Source: an uncultured Chitinophagales bacterium (GTDB lineage Bacteria; Bacteroidota; Ignavibacteria; UBA10030; UBA6906). Taken from it: a stretch of 64,000 bases of DNA. Positions 53,243 through 63,165 of this stretch are shown piece after piece. The number at the start of each line of letters is the position of its first letter. Position 1 is the stretch's first letter. The notes under the pieces are model-generated. The model did not search any database. It saw only the letters and a program-made list of their open reading frames with translations, and was not told where the DNA came from. The position numbers were made by a program, and so were the translations under genes. Location: positions 38,722 through 102,721 of the forward strand of contig CAYUFU010000002.1 of NCBI GenBank assembly GCA_964444145.1, given 5' to 3'.

Positions 53243-54352
53243 ATGAAACTCGGCGAAAAAGTCATCAGAACGCTTCCCAAAGTTGTGTTGCACGATCATC
53301 TCGATGGCGGTCTTCGGCCTGAAACAATCATCGAGTTGGCACGGGATCAAGGGTACAAGAAGTTGCCGACGGAAGATGCGGGCGAGCTTGCGGCATGGTT
53401 TCATCGCGGCGCGCAGCGCGGAAGTTTGCCGCTCTATCTCGAAGGCTTCGCTCATACCTGCGGTGTGATGCAGACGGAGGAGGCGCTCGAACGCGTTGCG
53501 TACGAAATGATGGAAGATATGTACAACGACGGCGTTGTGTATGTTGAGACGCGCTTCGCACCGATTTTCCACACTGAGAGAAACTTGCACACGGACGAGG
53601 TGGTGAGTGCTGTTTTGAAGGGATTGGAGCGGGGCAAGAACGACTTTGGCGTCGAGTATGGACTCATCATCTGTGCGATGAGGAACATGCAACTCTCGCA
53701 GGAGATGGCAGAGTTGGCGGTTGACTTTCGCGAGCGCGGGGTGGTGGGCTTCGATCTGGCGGGGGAAGAAGGTGGTTTTCCTCCCAAGAAACATGTTGAT
53801 GCATTTCACTATATTCAGCGCGAGAATTTCAATATCACCATTCATGCGGGCGAAGCCTTCGGCAAGGAAAGCATTTGGCAGGCGATTCAATGGTGCGGCG
53901 CGCACCGCATCGGGCACGCGACGCGCTTGATTGAAGACATTGGCTTGGACAAGCGCGACCCGACAAAGATCATCAAGATGGGATATCTCGCACAGTATGT
54001 TTTGGACAAGCGCATTCCGCTGGAGATTTGTTTGAAGAGCAATCTCGATACCGGCGCCGTGGATGCGATTGAGAATCATCCCTTCGGTATTTATTATCGG
54101 TACAAATTTCGTGTTACGCTCAACACCGATGACCGCCTGATGAGCGATACAACGATGACCAACGAATTCATGCTCGCGCAGAAACACTTCAGGCTTGGCA
54201 TAGACGATTTCGAGAAGATCACGATCAACTCGATGAAAAGTGCATTCATCCCCTACAACCGTCGTATCAAGATTATCTACGATACCATCAAGCCCGGCTA
54301 CGCAAAAGCAAAACTGAAAACTGCGCGCAAACGAGCTTCAGGAACTCGTTAG
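53243..54352 (+). CDS. add: Adenosine deaminase
   Basis: LPKVVLHDHLDGGLRPETIIELA (HxHLDG metal-binding motif), later ...ICAMRNM...TIHAGEAFG...HRIGHATRL. Confidence 0.85.
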   Translation: MKLGEKVIRTLPKVVLHDHLDGGLRPETIIELARDQGYKKLPTEDAGELAAWFHRGAQRGSLPLYLEGFAHTCGVMQTEEALERVAYEMMEDMYNDGVVYVETRFAPIFHTERNLHTDEVVSAVLKGLERGKNDFGVEYGLIICAMRNMQLSQEMAELAVDFRERGVVGFDLAGEEGGFPPKKHVDAFHYIQRENFNITIHAGEAFGKESIWQAIQWCGAHRIGHATRLIEDIGLDKRDPTKIIKMGYLAQYVLDKRIPLEICLKSNLDTGAVDAIENHPFGIYYRYKFRVTLNTDDRLMSDTTMTNEFMLAQKHFRLGIDDFEKITINSMKSAFIPYNRRIKIIYDTIKPGYAKAKLKTARKRASGTR

Positions 54353-54415
54353 CATCGAATAAACTCTCTCACGTGTTGATAGTGTTCTTTTCTTCCTACT
54401 GATCATGGGGGAACA

Positions 54416-54907
54416 GTGAATCTCTACGTAGTGCGTCATGCGGACGCGGTGTCGCTTGGCGACGGCGTGCGCAGCGACTTCGACCGACCGTTGACCGAAC
54501 GGGGCAGGGCGGACGCGACCATGATGGCGCGTGCGCTCGCTCAGATTGATCTCGATATCAAAGCGATTCTTTCCAGTCCGTTGGTGCGCGCAGTGGAAAC
54601 GAGCGAGATATTCGGCCGTGAATTGATGCGCGATCCACAAACCTCGCGGCGACTCGAGCCGGGCTTCAATCCGCGGTTGTTGGTCGAAGAGATTCTTTCC
54701 ATCTCGACGGGGGCAGGTGTTGTTGCTATCGGTCATCAGCCGGATATGGGCGCGTTCATTTCGTATCTGATTTCGCCCGCGCACATTGCCTCGGTGGCAA
54801 TGGAAACATCGGCGGTCGCCTGTTTGCATTTGCAGACGACAGGCTCAGCGCATCTCCGCTGGCTTCTCACGCCCGAAACCGTGCGCCGTATGAATTTCGC
54901 TGTTTAA
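54416..54907 (+). CDS. sixA: Phosphohistidine phosphatase SixA-like (histidine phosphatase superfamily)
   Basis: MNLYVVRHADAV (RHG/RHA motif) ...LTERGRADA...AIGHQPDMG. Confidence 0.7.
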   Translation: MNLYVVRHADAVSLGDGVRSDFDRPLTERGRADATMMARALAQIDLDIKAILSSPLVRAVETSEIFGRELMRDPQTSRRLEPGFNPRLLVEEILSISTGAGVVAIGHQPDMGAFISYLISPAHIASVAMETSAVACLHLQTTGSAHLRWLLTPETVRRMNFAV

Positions 54908-54925
54908 CTTTACTCTGAGCGTTCT

Positions 54926-55411
54926 ATGGAACTCAGACTTGTGAGCATCGAAAAACCCGACGATATGAACTTCATTCTCGGCCATTCCCATTTCATCAAA
55001 ACGGTCGAAGATCTGTATGAGGCGATCGTTCAGACGAATCCCTCAATGAAGTTCGGGATTGCTTTTTGCGAAGCCTCGGGTCCTGCGCTCGTGCGTTTTA
55101 TCGGGAACGATGAGAAGTTGATTGCGCTCGCAAAGACCAACGCAATGAACATCGCAGCGGGCCACACGTTTATCATCTTCCTGGAACGTGGTTTCCCGAT
55201 CAACATTCTCAACACAATCAAGAATGTTGCAGAAGTATGTCGTATCTTTTGCGCGACCGCCAACCCAACGCAAGTCATCGTCGCGGAAACCGACCAAGGC
55301 AGGGGGATCCTCGGCGTGATTGACGGCGTCGCGACGAAAGGAATCGAAACGGATGCAGACATTGTGAAACGAAAAGAGTTTTTGAGGAAAATCGGCTACA
55401 AACTCTCTTAA
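54926..55411 (+). CDS. Conserved ~160-aa protein, resembles the Pfam 'adenosine-specific kinase' (PF04008) family
   Basis: Recognition from memory of the overall layout (MELRLVSIEKPDDMNFILGHSHFIKTVEDLYEAI...). Not verified. Confidence 0.45.
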   Translation: MELRLVSIEKPDDMNFILGHSHFIKTVEDLYEAIVQTNPSMKFGIAFCEASGPALVRFIGNDEKLIALAKTNAMNIAAGHTFIIFLERGFPINILNTIKNVAEVCRIFCATANPTQVIVAETDQGRGILGVIDGVATKGIETDADIVKRKEFLRKIGYKLS

Positions 55412-55566
55412 GCCCTGATCGGAGCGAAGGGTATGAGCCGATCGACTAGTGAAGTGATGAAGTCGTGGATAAATGGATTGATGGAGAAGTGGAGAAACGA
55501 CATTTCAGTTCGCTCGTCAACTATCCAGCAATCCAATTACCCAATTCTCAGAGTAATGTGGACCTT
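55409..55566. repeat. Gene-less copy of the GGATTGAT element: TAAGCCCTGATCGGAGCGAAGGGTAT module, GGATAAATGGATTGATGG, then inverse arm ATCCAGCAATCCAATTACCCAATTC
   Basis: The 5' module is near-identical to 17043-17068. Begins at the TAA of the upstream gene. Confidence 0.6.
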
Positions 55567-56859
55567 ATGAATTCTGCTTTCACACGCCGAAGCTTTATCC
55601 GCACATTCTCCGGCGGTGCGCTTGGTGCCGCGATGCTGTACGCATTTCCGCCACACGCACGTGCAAAGTATATCTTGGCATTCGATCAGGATGTTGAACC
55701 CACGGACGAACATTTTTGGAGTGTCGTGCGCAATCAATTTCCCCTGAAGCGCGATCCACTCTTTCTCAACAACGGCACGATGGGTCCTTCGCCCTTTGTC
55801 GTCATCGACGCGGTGAAGACGGAGATAGAAGATGTTGATCGCACCGCGCGCTACGGCGGCTGGGAGCCTGTCCGTGCAAAAATCGCGCGCTTCATCGGTG
55901 CGAACGAGGATGAGATCTCGCTCACGCACAATGTTACCGAGGGCATCAATATCATTGCGTCCGGGGTGCCGCTGCAGCGCGGCGACGAGGTGATTCTGAC
56001 AAACCATGAGCACGCCGGGAACGCGTTGCCGTGGCTTGCGCGAGCACGGCGCGATGGCATCGTCATCAAGCAATTGATCCTTGATCGAGATTCCGACGAG
56101 ATTCTGGATCGTCTCGATTCGCTCATCACGAAGCGCACACGTGTCATCGCCGTTCCACATATTACCTGCACGGTGGGACAAGTCCTTCCTGCACAACGCA
56201 TTGCGAAACTTGCCCATGAGAGAAATCTCTTGTTCTTTCTCGACGGTGCACACACGCCGGGCATGCTGCCGCTCAATGTCAAAAAACTCGGCTGTGATTT
56301 TTTCGCAACGTGCGGTCACAAGTGGATGATGGGTCCGAAGGGGACGGGATTTCTCTACGTGCGAAAGGATGTACGGGAAATCGTTGAGCCGATCTGGACG
56401 GGAGCCGGCGTTGATCTCAGTTGGGATTTGCAAAAGGGGACACTCGAGTACAAGAAAGACGCACACCGCTTTGACTTTGCGACGCAGAACTCCGCGATTT
56501 ACGTCGGGCTGGGCGCGGCGATTGACTTTCTCTCGCATCTCGGCATGGAAAACGTAGCCCAGCGCGGTCAAGCGCTTGCGCGACGTTTGCGCGGTGAACT
56601 CAAGAAGTTCGGTGATGCGATCGAGATCTTGACGCCGGAAGAAAAAGGTGCTTTTGGTTCTGTGCTCGGCTTTCGGTTGAAGCATGTCGCGTATGATAAA
56701 CTCTACCAAACGCTCGTCGAAAAGTACAACATCGTGACGCGGATGGTTCCTGAAAATGGATTGAACTGCAATCGAATTTCGACGCATATCTACAACAACT
56801 TCAGTGAGGTAGAGAGACTGGTTCAGGCAATCACGCTTGTGGCTGAGGGAAAATCGTGA
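55567..56859 (+). CDS. Tat-exported class-V aminotransferase-fold PLP enzyme (cysteine desulfurase / isopenicillin-N epimerase-like)
   Basis: Twin-arginine signal MNSAFTRRSFIRTFSGGALGAAMLYAFPPHARA. LTHNVTEGINIIASG, VILTNHEHAGN, FFATCGHKWMMGPKGTG (PLP-lysine region). Confidence 0.75.
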   Translation: MNSAFTRRSFIRTFSGGALGAAMLYAFPPHARAKYILAFDQDVEPTDEHFWSVVRNQFPLKRDPLFLNNGTMGPSPFVVIDAVKTEIEDVDRTARYGGWEPVRAKIARFIGANEDEISLTHNVTEGINIIASGVPLQRGDEVILTNHEHAGNALPWLARARRDGIVIKQLILDRDSDEILDRLDSLITKRTRVIAVPHITCTVGQVLPAQRIAKLAHERNLLFFLDGAHTPGMLPLNVKKLGCDFFATCGHKWMMGPKGTGFLYVRKDVREIVEPIWTGAGVDLSWDLQKGTLEYKKDAHRFDFATQNSAIYVGLGAAIDFLSHLGMENVAQRGQALARRLRGELKKFGDAIEILTPEEKGAFGSVLGFRLKHVAYDKLYQTLVEKYNIVTRMVPENGLNCNRISTHIYNNFSEVERLVQAITLVAEGKS

Positions 56860-57338
56860 AACCGCTGTCTACGTTGGTTGTCGGTGTTCTCATCATCGGG
56901 TGTAGTCCGAGCGAAGATCATATCCGCAGCGCGGTGCGTGCAGAAATCGGCAAGGCGATGAACCGCACCATCATCGCGCCCACAACAACGATTGGACCGT
57001 ACAGCCCGGCAGTGCAGGTCGGCGACTTTCTCTTCGTGTCGGGACAAATCGGCCTTGACCAGGAGACGGGACAATTGAAAAGTGAAACGATCGAAGCTGA
57101 AACCCAGCAGGCTCTCGACAACATCAAGACGATACTCGAGGCTGCGGGCTATGCTCCGATGCATGTGGTGAGTGCGACGGTCTATTTGAGAGCCATGGAC
57201 GATTTTCAGAGAATGAACGACGTGTACGCAAAATTTTTTCCTGATGGGAAGTATCCCGCGAGAACGACGGTTGCCGTGACTGAACTTCCGAAACACGCGA
57301 ACGTCGAAATCGCCGTTGTTGCATGTAAGACGAAGTGA
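56856..57338 (+). CDS. RidA/YjgF-family protein with lipoprotein-type signal peptide
   Basis: MKPLSTLVVGVLIIGCSPSE (lipobox). Then IGPYSPAVQVGDFLFVSGQIGLD...PARTTVAVTELPKHANVEIAVVA (RidA fold). Confidence 0.75.
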   Translation: MKPLSTLVVGVLIIGCSPSEDHIRSAVRAEIGKAMNRTIIAPTTTIGPYSPAVQVGDFLFVSGQIGLDQETGQLKSETIEAETQQALDNIKTILEAAGYAPMHVVSATVYLRAMDDFQRMNDVYAKFFPDGKYPARTTVAVTELPKHANVEIAVVACKTK

Positions 57339-57366
57339 TAGTGTTGGAACCAATGTTCGTTGAGAT

Positions 57367-59046
57367 ATGGAAACTGTAATTGAACAAACGCAGGTGACGA
57401 GACGCGCGATACGAGCGCCGCGAGGAACTCAACTTCATTGCAAAGGCTGGCTCCAAGAGGCCGCCTTGCGCATGCTGATGAACAATCTTGATCCCGACGT
57501 TGCGGAGAAGCCCGATGAACTAATCGTGTACGGCGGCGTCGGGAAGGCGGCTCGCAATTGGGAATGTTTCGATGCAATCGTGCGAAGTTTGAAAAGTCTG
57601 GAAAACGATGAGACGCTTCTCGTCCAATCGGGAAAGCCTGTCGGCATTTTCAAAACGCATGAGAACGCTCCGCGTGTGTTGATTTCCAATTCGATGCTCG
57701 TGCCGAAGTGGGCAACATGGGATGAGTTTCGCAGACTCGAAGGTCTCGGCTTGACGATGTACGGGCAGATGACCGCAGGAAGTTGGATCTATATCGGCAC
57801 GCAAGGAATCCTGCAAGGGACATATGAGACATTTGCCGCCTGTGCAGAAAAGTATTTCGGAGGCTCGCTTGCAGGAAAGCTGCTTGTGACCGCAGGGCTC
57901 GGCGGCATGGGCGGCGCGCAGCCGCTTGCCGCAACGATGAACGGCGCCGCGTGTCTTGCCATCGAAGTGGATCGCTCCCGTATCGAGAAGCGCTTGAAGA
58001 CCGGCTACGTTGATACGATGACCGATTCGCTCGACGATGCTCTCCTCACATTGCAAACAGCAAAGGCACTCAAAGAGCCGAAGTCCGTCGCGCTGCTTGG
58101 CAACGCGGCAGAGGTAGTGCGCGAGTTGTACGAGCGAAGAATTGAGGTTGATGTCCTTACGGACCAGACCTCCGCCCATGATACGCTGAACGGCTATGTT
58201 CCTGCCCACATGAGCTACGAGGAGGCACTCGACTTGCGGAAGACCAATCCAAAGCGTTACGTGGAACGTGCTCAGCAATCCATCGTTGAACATGTCGAGG
58301 CGATGCTCGGACTGCAAAGGCGCGGCGCGGTAACGTTCGATTACGGCAACAACATTCGTGGCGAAGCGCTCGCGAACGGTGTGAAAAACGCGTTCGCTAT
58401 TCCCGGCTTTGTGCCCGAGTATATTCGCCCCCTGTTCTGCGATGGCAAAGGTCCGTTCCGTTGGGCGGCGCTCTCCGGTGATCCCGAAGATATCTATCGC
58501 ACCGACCGTGCCGTGATCGAGACTTTTCCCTATAACAAGCCGCTCTGTCGCTGGATTGAAAAAGCGCAGAAGCAAGTACACTTTCAAGGATTGCCCGCGC
58601 GCATTTGCTGGCTTGGCTACGGTGAGCGCGCGAAGATGGGAAAAATCTTCAACGACCTCGTTGCCGCCGGCGAGGTGAAGGCTCCCATCGTCATCGGTCG
58701 CGACCATCTCGATTGCGGCTCGGTCGCGTCGCCGAATCGCGAAACGGAGAAAATGCGAGACGGCAGCGACGCCATTGCCGATTGGCCCATACTCAATGCG
58801 CTGCTCAACGCAGTCGGCGGCGCAAGTTGGGTAAGCGTACACCACGGCGGCGGCGTTGGGATGGGACTTTCGATTCACGCGGGCATGGTTGTCGTCGCCG
58901 ATGGAACGAAGGAAGCCGAGGCGCGCTTGCAGCGCGTGCTGACCTACGACCCAGGGATGGGCATCGTGCGCCATGCGGATGCAGGTTATGAACGTGCTAT
59001 CGAGAACGCGACAACATTTGGCGTGAAGGTGCCAATGATGAAATGA
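57367..59046 (+). CDS. hutU: Urocanate hydratase
   Basis: [49 protein letters not shown]. Full-length urocanase layout. Confidence 0.9.
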   Translation: METVIEQTQVTRRAIRAPRGTQLHCKGWLQEAALRMLMNNLDPDVAEKPDELIVYGGVGKAARNWECFDAIVRSLKSLENDETLLVQSGKPVGIFKTHENAPRVLISNSMLVPKWATWDEFRRLEGLGLTMYGQMTAGSWIYIGTQGILQGTYETFAACAEKYFGGSLAGKLLVTAGLGGMGGAQPLAATMNGAACLAIEVDRSRIEKRLKTGYVDTMTDSLDDALLTLQTAKALKEPKSVALLGNAAEVVRELYERRIEVDVLTDQTSAHDTLNGYVPAHMSYEEALDLRKTNPKRYVERAQQSIVEHVEAMLGLQRRGAVTFDYGNNIRGEALANGVKNAFAIPGFVPEYIRPLFCDGKGPFRWAALSGDPEDIYRTDRAVIETFPYNKPLCRWIEKAQKQVHFQGLPARICWLGYGERAKMGKIFNDLVAAGEVKAPIVIGRDHLDCGSVASPNRETEKMRDGSDAIADWPILNALLNAVGGASWVSVHHGGGVGMGLSIHAGMVVVADGTKEAEARLQRVLTYDPGMGIVRHADAGYERAIENATTFGVKVPMMK

Positions 59047-59263
59047 TCATGAACATAAACTCCAAATTCGAATCTCGAAGCCCAAAGAAATTCCAATTGA
59101 CAACTCTCTGAATCGCTACCGCTTGTCGAAGCATTTATTTCTTGAATCTTGAGGTTTGAAATTTCTTTGTAATTTGGAAATTGAGGCTTGGAGATTGTTT
59201 CTGATGCGTAGCGCAATTCCTGATGAAAAGAAAGCAGAACAGAACATACAAAGGAGAACCCCC

Positions 59264-59620
59264 ATGTCTCGTATCGGTCACATACAAATCCCAACAACGA
59301 ACGTCAAGAAAGCAAAAAAATTCTTCGGGACGGTATTCGGCTGGACGTTCACCGATCATCCCGAGCTTGATTACACGCTCTTTCACACGGGCGCACATCC
59401 GAACGGGGGACTTGAACGGGTGAAGAAAATGCCGAAACGTCCCCAGGCACTTCCTTACATCGAAGTGGAAGATATCGACGCAACTCTACAAGCAATCAAA
59501 AAAGCGAAAGGGAAAGTCGTCAAGAAGAAAGCGGAGGTGAAGGGAATGGGCTGGGACGCGGAGTTCGAAACGCCTGATGGGTGCAGACTCGCGCTCTGGC
59601 AAGCCGCGCCGAAGGCGTGA
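59264..59620 (+). CDS. VOC-family (glyoxalase/bleomycin-resistance fold) protein
   Basis: ATG 59264 preceded by AAAGGAGAA. IGHIQIPTTNVKKAKKFFGTVFGWTF...AEFETPDGCRLALWQ. Confidence 0.65.
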   Translation: MSRIGHIQIPTTNVKKAKKFFGTVFGWTFTDHPELDYTLFHTGAHPNGGLERVKKMPKRPQALPYIEVEDIDATLQAIKKAKGKVVKKKAEVKGMGWDAEFETPDGCRLALWQAAPKA

Positions 59621-59729
59621 CATCGAGCCATCGGGTCTACACAGCTGCGCAGCGCAATGCCGCCATCCGCCGGTAGAGCGAGGGCTCACGTTTTCTTTTT
59701 GCGACTGAGCGTCTCATGGTGAACGTGGT

Positions 59730-59945
59730 ATGATTGCACCTAACACAGTCGGTCTCTGTGCAACATGTGTACACGCCGAACGAATCCACTCTGCAAAGGG
59801 GAGTACGTTTTTTCTCTGCGCGCTCTCCAAGACCAATCCGGCGTATCCGAAATATCCACGACTTCCCATTGTAACGTGCGAGGGATTTTTGCGTAAGACC
59901 GAGCAGCCCTCTCAACACGATCTCAGTAATGGCCAACGAGCTTAA
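59730..59945 (+). CDS. Small Cys-rich protein (4 Cys, possible zinc-ribbon-like)
   Basis: MIAPNTVGLCATCVHAERIHSAKGSTFFLCALSKTNPAYPKYPRLPIVTCEGF. Ends 17 nt inside the start of the PP2C gene (operon-like overlap). Confidence 0.4.
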   Translation: MIAPNTVGLCATCVHAERIHSAKGSTFFLCALSKTNPAYPKYPRLPIVTCEGFLRKTEQPSQHDLSNGQRA

Positions 59946-61299
59946 CTACATCTCTATTCGCATTCGTAAGGAAGCGGATGAAATCGCTTCGACGTTGAAG
60001 GAGACCGCCGCATCGGTGAAGACGACGTTCTCGAACGGGAGCTACAAATCCATTCCGCGGCGCATCAACGAGCCGTCCGGTATCAATCCAATCAAGATGC
60101 GCCGGTTCTTCATCGCCATTCTCAAGCTGCTGATTGTGTTCGAATTTGTCGCTGCCCTTGGCGAGGGATTGAGCGGGAGCTGGGAACGGCTCGGACGTGA
60201 TTGCATTCTCGCGGGCATTCTCTCTATCGCATGGGATCGCATCACCAGCTACGTGTTAGCAAAAAAGGATGCGTATCGGCTGCGCGTAGAGCAGGCGCAC
60301 GGCGAGATCACGTTGATGGATGCAACGATTTTCTCGCTGTTGTGGAGCGACGAAATCTACACGGACATTCCCGAAGATCAGCGGCGGCTTGCCGTGATTG
60401 CATACACCCTTATCGCTATCGGTATCGGGGCGTTGTATTTTGGAAGTGATCTGTCGCTCCTGCGTTTGATTCTTTCGGCTTCGATTGTTCTCGCTGCTGT
60501 GAACCTCCTCGCCTGGGTTGTCTCGCGCGAGCGCGGCGAACGAGAGTCCCTGCAAACCGAATTGAAACTCGCACACGATGTGCAGGTTGCACTTATGCCG
60601 AAAGAGCATCCGAAGCTTGCAGGCTTCGACATTGCCGGTCTCTCGATCCCTGCCAAAGAAGTCGGCGGCGATCATTTTGACTACGCGTTGATGGCGCATG
60701 ACACGAAATTCGCCATCAGCGTGTTCGATGTCTCGGGTAAAGGAATGCAGGCAGCGATGAGTGCAGTGTTCACGACGGGGTTGTTTGCAGGTGAGATCAG
60801 GTCTGCCGTTGGTGGAAGCTCCGCGGCTGAGATACTCACCCGCTTGAATAAACCGATCTGGGCGCACCGGCAACGGGGCCATTTCGTCGCGTTCCTGCTC
60901 GCTATCATTGACCTGCAGGAACGAACGCTGACATTCGCGAACGCAGGACAAATGAAGCCTCTCCTGAAATCGAACGGCGCGATTCAATGGCTCGATTCCA
61001 TCGGCGCCAGTTTCCCCTTGGGGATGAAGGAGGATAGTGAATACTGCGAGCGAACTGTGCAATTGCACACGGGGGATACCTTGCTCTTACTCACCGATGG
61101 CTTCACAGAAGCGATGAACGCGGAGCGTGAACAATTCGGCACTGAGCGCATTGAGCACTCGGTACGAGATCTCGACTCATCATTTTCGTCGCAGCACATG
61201 CTCGAGCGTATCAAAGCGGATGTGGCATCGCACGTCGGCAACGCGATCCAGCATGATGACATGACGATGGTGGTTATTCGAGTGCTTGCTAAACCTTAA
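59929..61299 (+). CDS. Membrane-associated PP2C-type Ser/Thr phosphatase (SpoIIE/RsbU-like)
   Basis: Four TM helices, then LKLAHDVQVALMP...GGDHFDY...FAISVFDVSGKGMQAAM...LLTDGFTEA...DDMTMVVIRV (PP2C metal-binding Asp blocks). Confidence 0.8.
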   Translation: MANELNYISIRIRKEADEIASTLKETAASVKTTFSNGSYKSIPRRINEPSGINPIKMRRFFIAILKLLIVFEFVAALGEGLSGSWERLGRDCILAGILSIAWDRITSYVLAKKDAYRLRVEQAHGEITLMDATIFSLLWSDEIYTDIPEDQRRLAVIAYTLIAIGIGALYFGSDLSLLRLILSASIVLAAVNLLAWVVSRERGERESLQTELKLAHDVQVALMPKEHPKLAGFDIAGLSIPAKEVGGDHFDYALMAHDTKFAISVFDVSGKGMQAAMSAVFTTGLFAGEIRSAVGGSSAAEILTRLNKPIWAHRQRGHFVAFLLAIIDLQERTLTFANAGQMKPLLKSNGAIQWLDSIGASFPLGMKEDSEYCERTVQLHTGDTLLLLTDGFTEAMNAEREQFGTERIEHSVRDLDSSFSSQHMLERIKADVASHVGNAIQHDDMTMVVIRVLAKP

Positions 61300-61368
61300 G
61301 GGGAACGTAGGGCATCTCATCTGCAAGAGTTCATAGCATTGATAATCAACAGGAATGCAAAAGGAAAA

Positions 61369-62493
61369 ATGAAAAAGGCAAAACAATTCGGACTCCTTTT
61401 CATTTTTCATTTTTCATTTTTCCTTTCCTTCTCCCAAACCAACCCCAACTTCAACGTCCGCCTCACTCTCAACCACGAATCCGCCGAACGCGCAATCGAA
61501 TTGTACGAAGGCAAATGGGGGCGTGGTCGCGACATCGTGCCGTTGAAGGGAAGCCAAATCGCACTTGCAACCACTGCCGACCTTGCGCGCAGAAGGCTCT
61601 CGCCATCGTATCTCGAGGAAAGCTTAGACGGAATCAAATTCGGACAAGTGAGTAACGACGACATTTTTTTGTTGAAGGATGCGAGACAGAACGTCGCCGC
61701 GCTGAAGGAACTGCTCGACTACATCAAGCGACGCAACTTTGCACAGCGAGTGGCAAGCACCGTTGAACAGCTGTTCCCAGGCGATGCAAGAATCTCGACG
61801 ACGATTCCGCTCTTCTTCGTCGCGTTCGGTCATCAGAATATTGATGCGTATGTTCGCCGTGTTGTCTGGTACGATAACATTCCGCATTTCGTTGGCGAAG
61901 GAGAAGGCGAATTGACCATTGTCGTGAATCTCGCGAAAGCCATTCGCTACGGTCGTACTGTTGACGAACGATTCATCGGTGTGCTGAGCGTTGTTGCGCA
62001 CGAAGTCTTTCATGCGGCATTCGGCGTATACAAAGATGAATCACCGGCATGGCGCGAGTATTACTCAACGCGTACTTCCTATCTGGACGACCTGCTCGAC
62101 TTGACTCAGAACGAAGGCATCGCCCATTACCTGACGTTTGAGCAGCGCACAGGGGGCTATCTTCCGCAGGATTGGAATGAGAGGGTTGCCGCGTCGTTCG
62201 CAGAGTTCAATCGGAGCGCGGAAGAGCTTCTCTCATCGCGCATATCACCTCAACGCGCTCATCTCCTCATCAGCACATCGAACACCTCCGAGTATTGGAA
62301 GAGCTACGGCGCAATCACGGGCATGTTCATCGCACGCACGCTTGACGCGCAGTTGGGGCGTAAGGCGCTCACGGAAACTGTTGCCACTGGCGTGGATGAA
62401 TTTTATTTACAGTACATTTCTCTTGCAGAACGAGACGCTACCCTGCCGAAACTCTCCGAGCAAATCGCGCGACGTATTTCGAGCCGACGATAG
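61369..62493 (+). CDS. Secreted hypothetical protein with an HEXXH zinc-metallopeptidase motif
   Basis: Signal peptide MKKAKQFGLLFIFHFSFFLSFSQ. LSVVAHEVFHAAFG (HEXXH). No further family assignment. Confidence 0.55.
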   Translation: MKKAKQFGLLFIFHFSFFLSFSQTNPNFNVRLTLNHESAERAIELYEGKWGRGRDIVPLKGSQIALATTADLARRRLSPSYLEESLDGIKFGQVSNDDIFLLKDARQNVAALKELLDYIKRRNFAQRVASTVEQLFPGDARISTTIPLFFVAFGHQNIDAYVRRVVWYDNIPHFVGEGEGELTIVVNLAKAIRYGRTVDERFIGVLSVVAHEVFHAAFGVYKDESPAWREYYSTRTSYLDDLLDLTQNEGIAHYLTFEQRTGGYLPQDWNERVAASFAEFNRSAEELLSSRISPQRAHLLISTSNTSEYWKSYGAITGMFIARTLDAQLGRKALTETVATGVDEFYLQYISLAERDATLPKLSEQIARRISSRR

Positions 62494-62809
62494 GTGCCCC
62501 AGTCTAAACGCATAAGCCTACTGAATCCTACTCAGCCATGAAGCGCCATCCGGTCACAATTATCCTCCTTCTCGTTTGTAACAAGCGAGGCACAGAATCG
62601 AATTCCCGTTGAAGGGTTTGTGTCGGATAGGGAGTCCCTGGAAAAACTTGTTGGCGCGACAATATCGCTTGACAGCCAGATGACTCTACGCAAATTCGAG
62701 CGAGAGTGAGATTGCGGTGTTCGAGGCGCTGCAAGTGAAGCGGTGAGCTTCAATGTCCACAAAAAGCGCAGGCGAGTGCGACACTAAGTTTGGCGAGCAG
62801 GTGCGCTAT

Positions 62810-62881
62810 CCCCGCCCGCCTTGTTGTGCAATGCGGCAGGTCGCCTCTGGCGAACCTCGCCTGTGGCGGGCGGGGGGGGGG
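62810..62881. other. GC-rich extended stem-loop ending in a G10 homopolymer
   Basis: CCCCGCCCGCC (62810-62820) pairs with GGCGGGCGGGG (62866-62876). The 45-nt interior has its own imperfect hairpin (GGCAGGTCGCC/GGCGAACCTCGCC). The G-run is 62872-62881. Confidence 0.4.
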
Positions 62882-63165
62882 AAATCAAGTGTCAACTTTT
62901 CCCTGAAATCCGATTTAGCCTCACGCAAAGTCGCAAAGCCGCAAAGTTGTTTTGAGAAATTTCTGCAAAGGAGAATTCACCGAATTGGTGAAATGTTTTG
63001 AGAACTGCTTCACCAACATGTTCTTTTTCTCTTTCATTCTTCGCGCCTTAGTGTCTTTGCGTGAGATTTCAATATCGGAATTCAGGTTTTCCTTGCTCTT
63101 CTTTTGAAATCTCTATAACTTCTATCCAAAGAAAATTACGACTGTTCGTTTCGAAAGGAGTCTTC

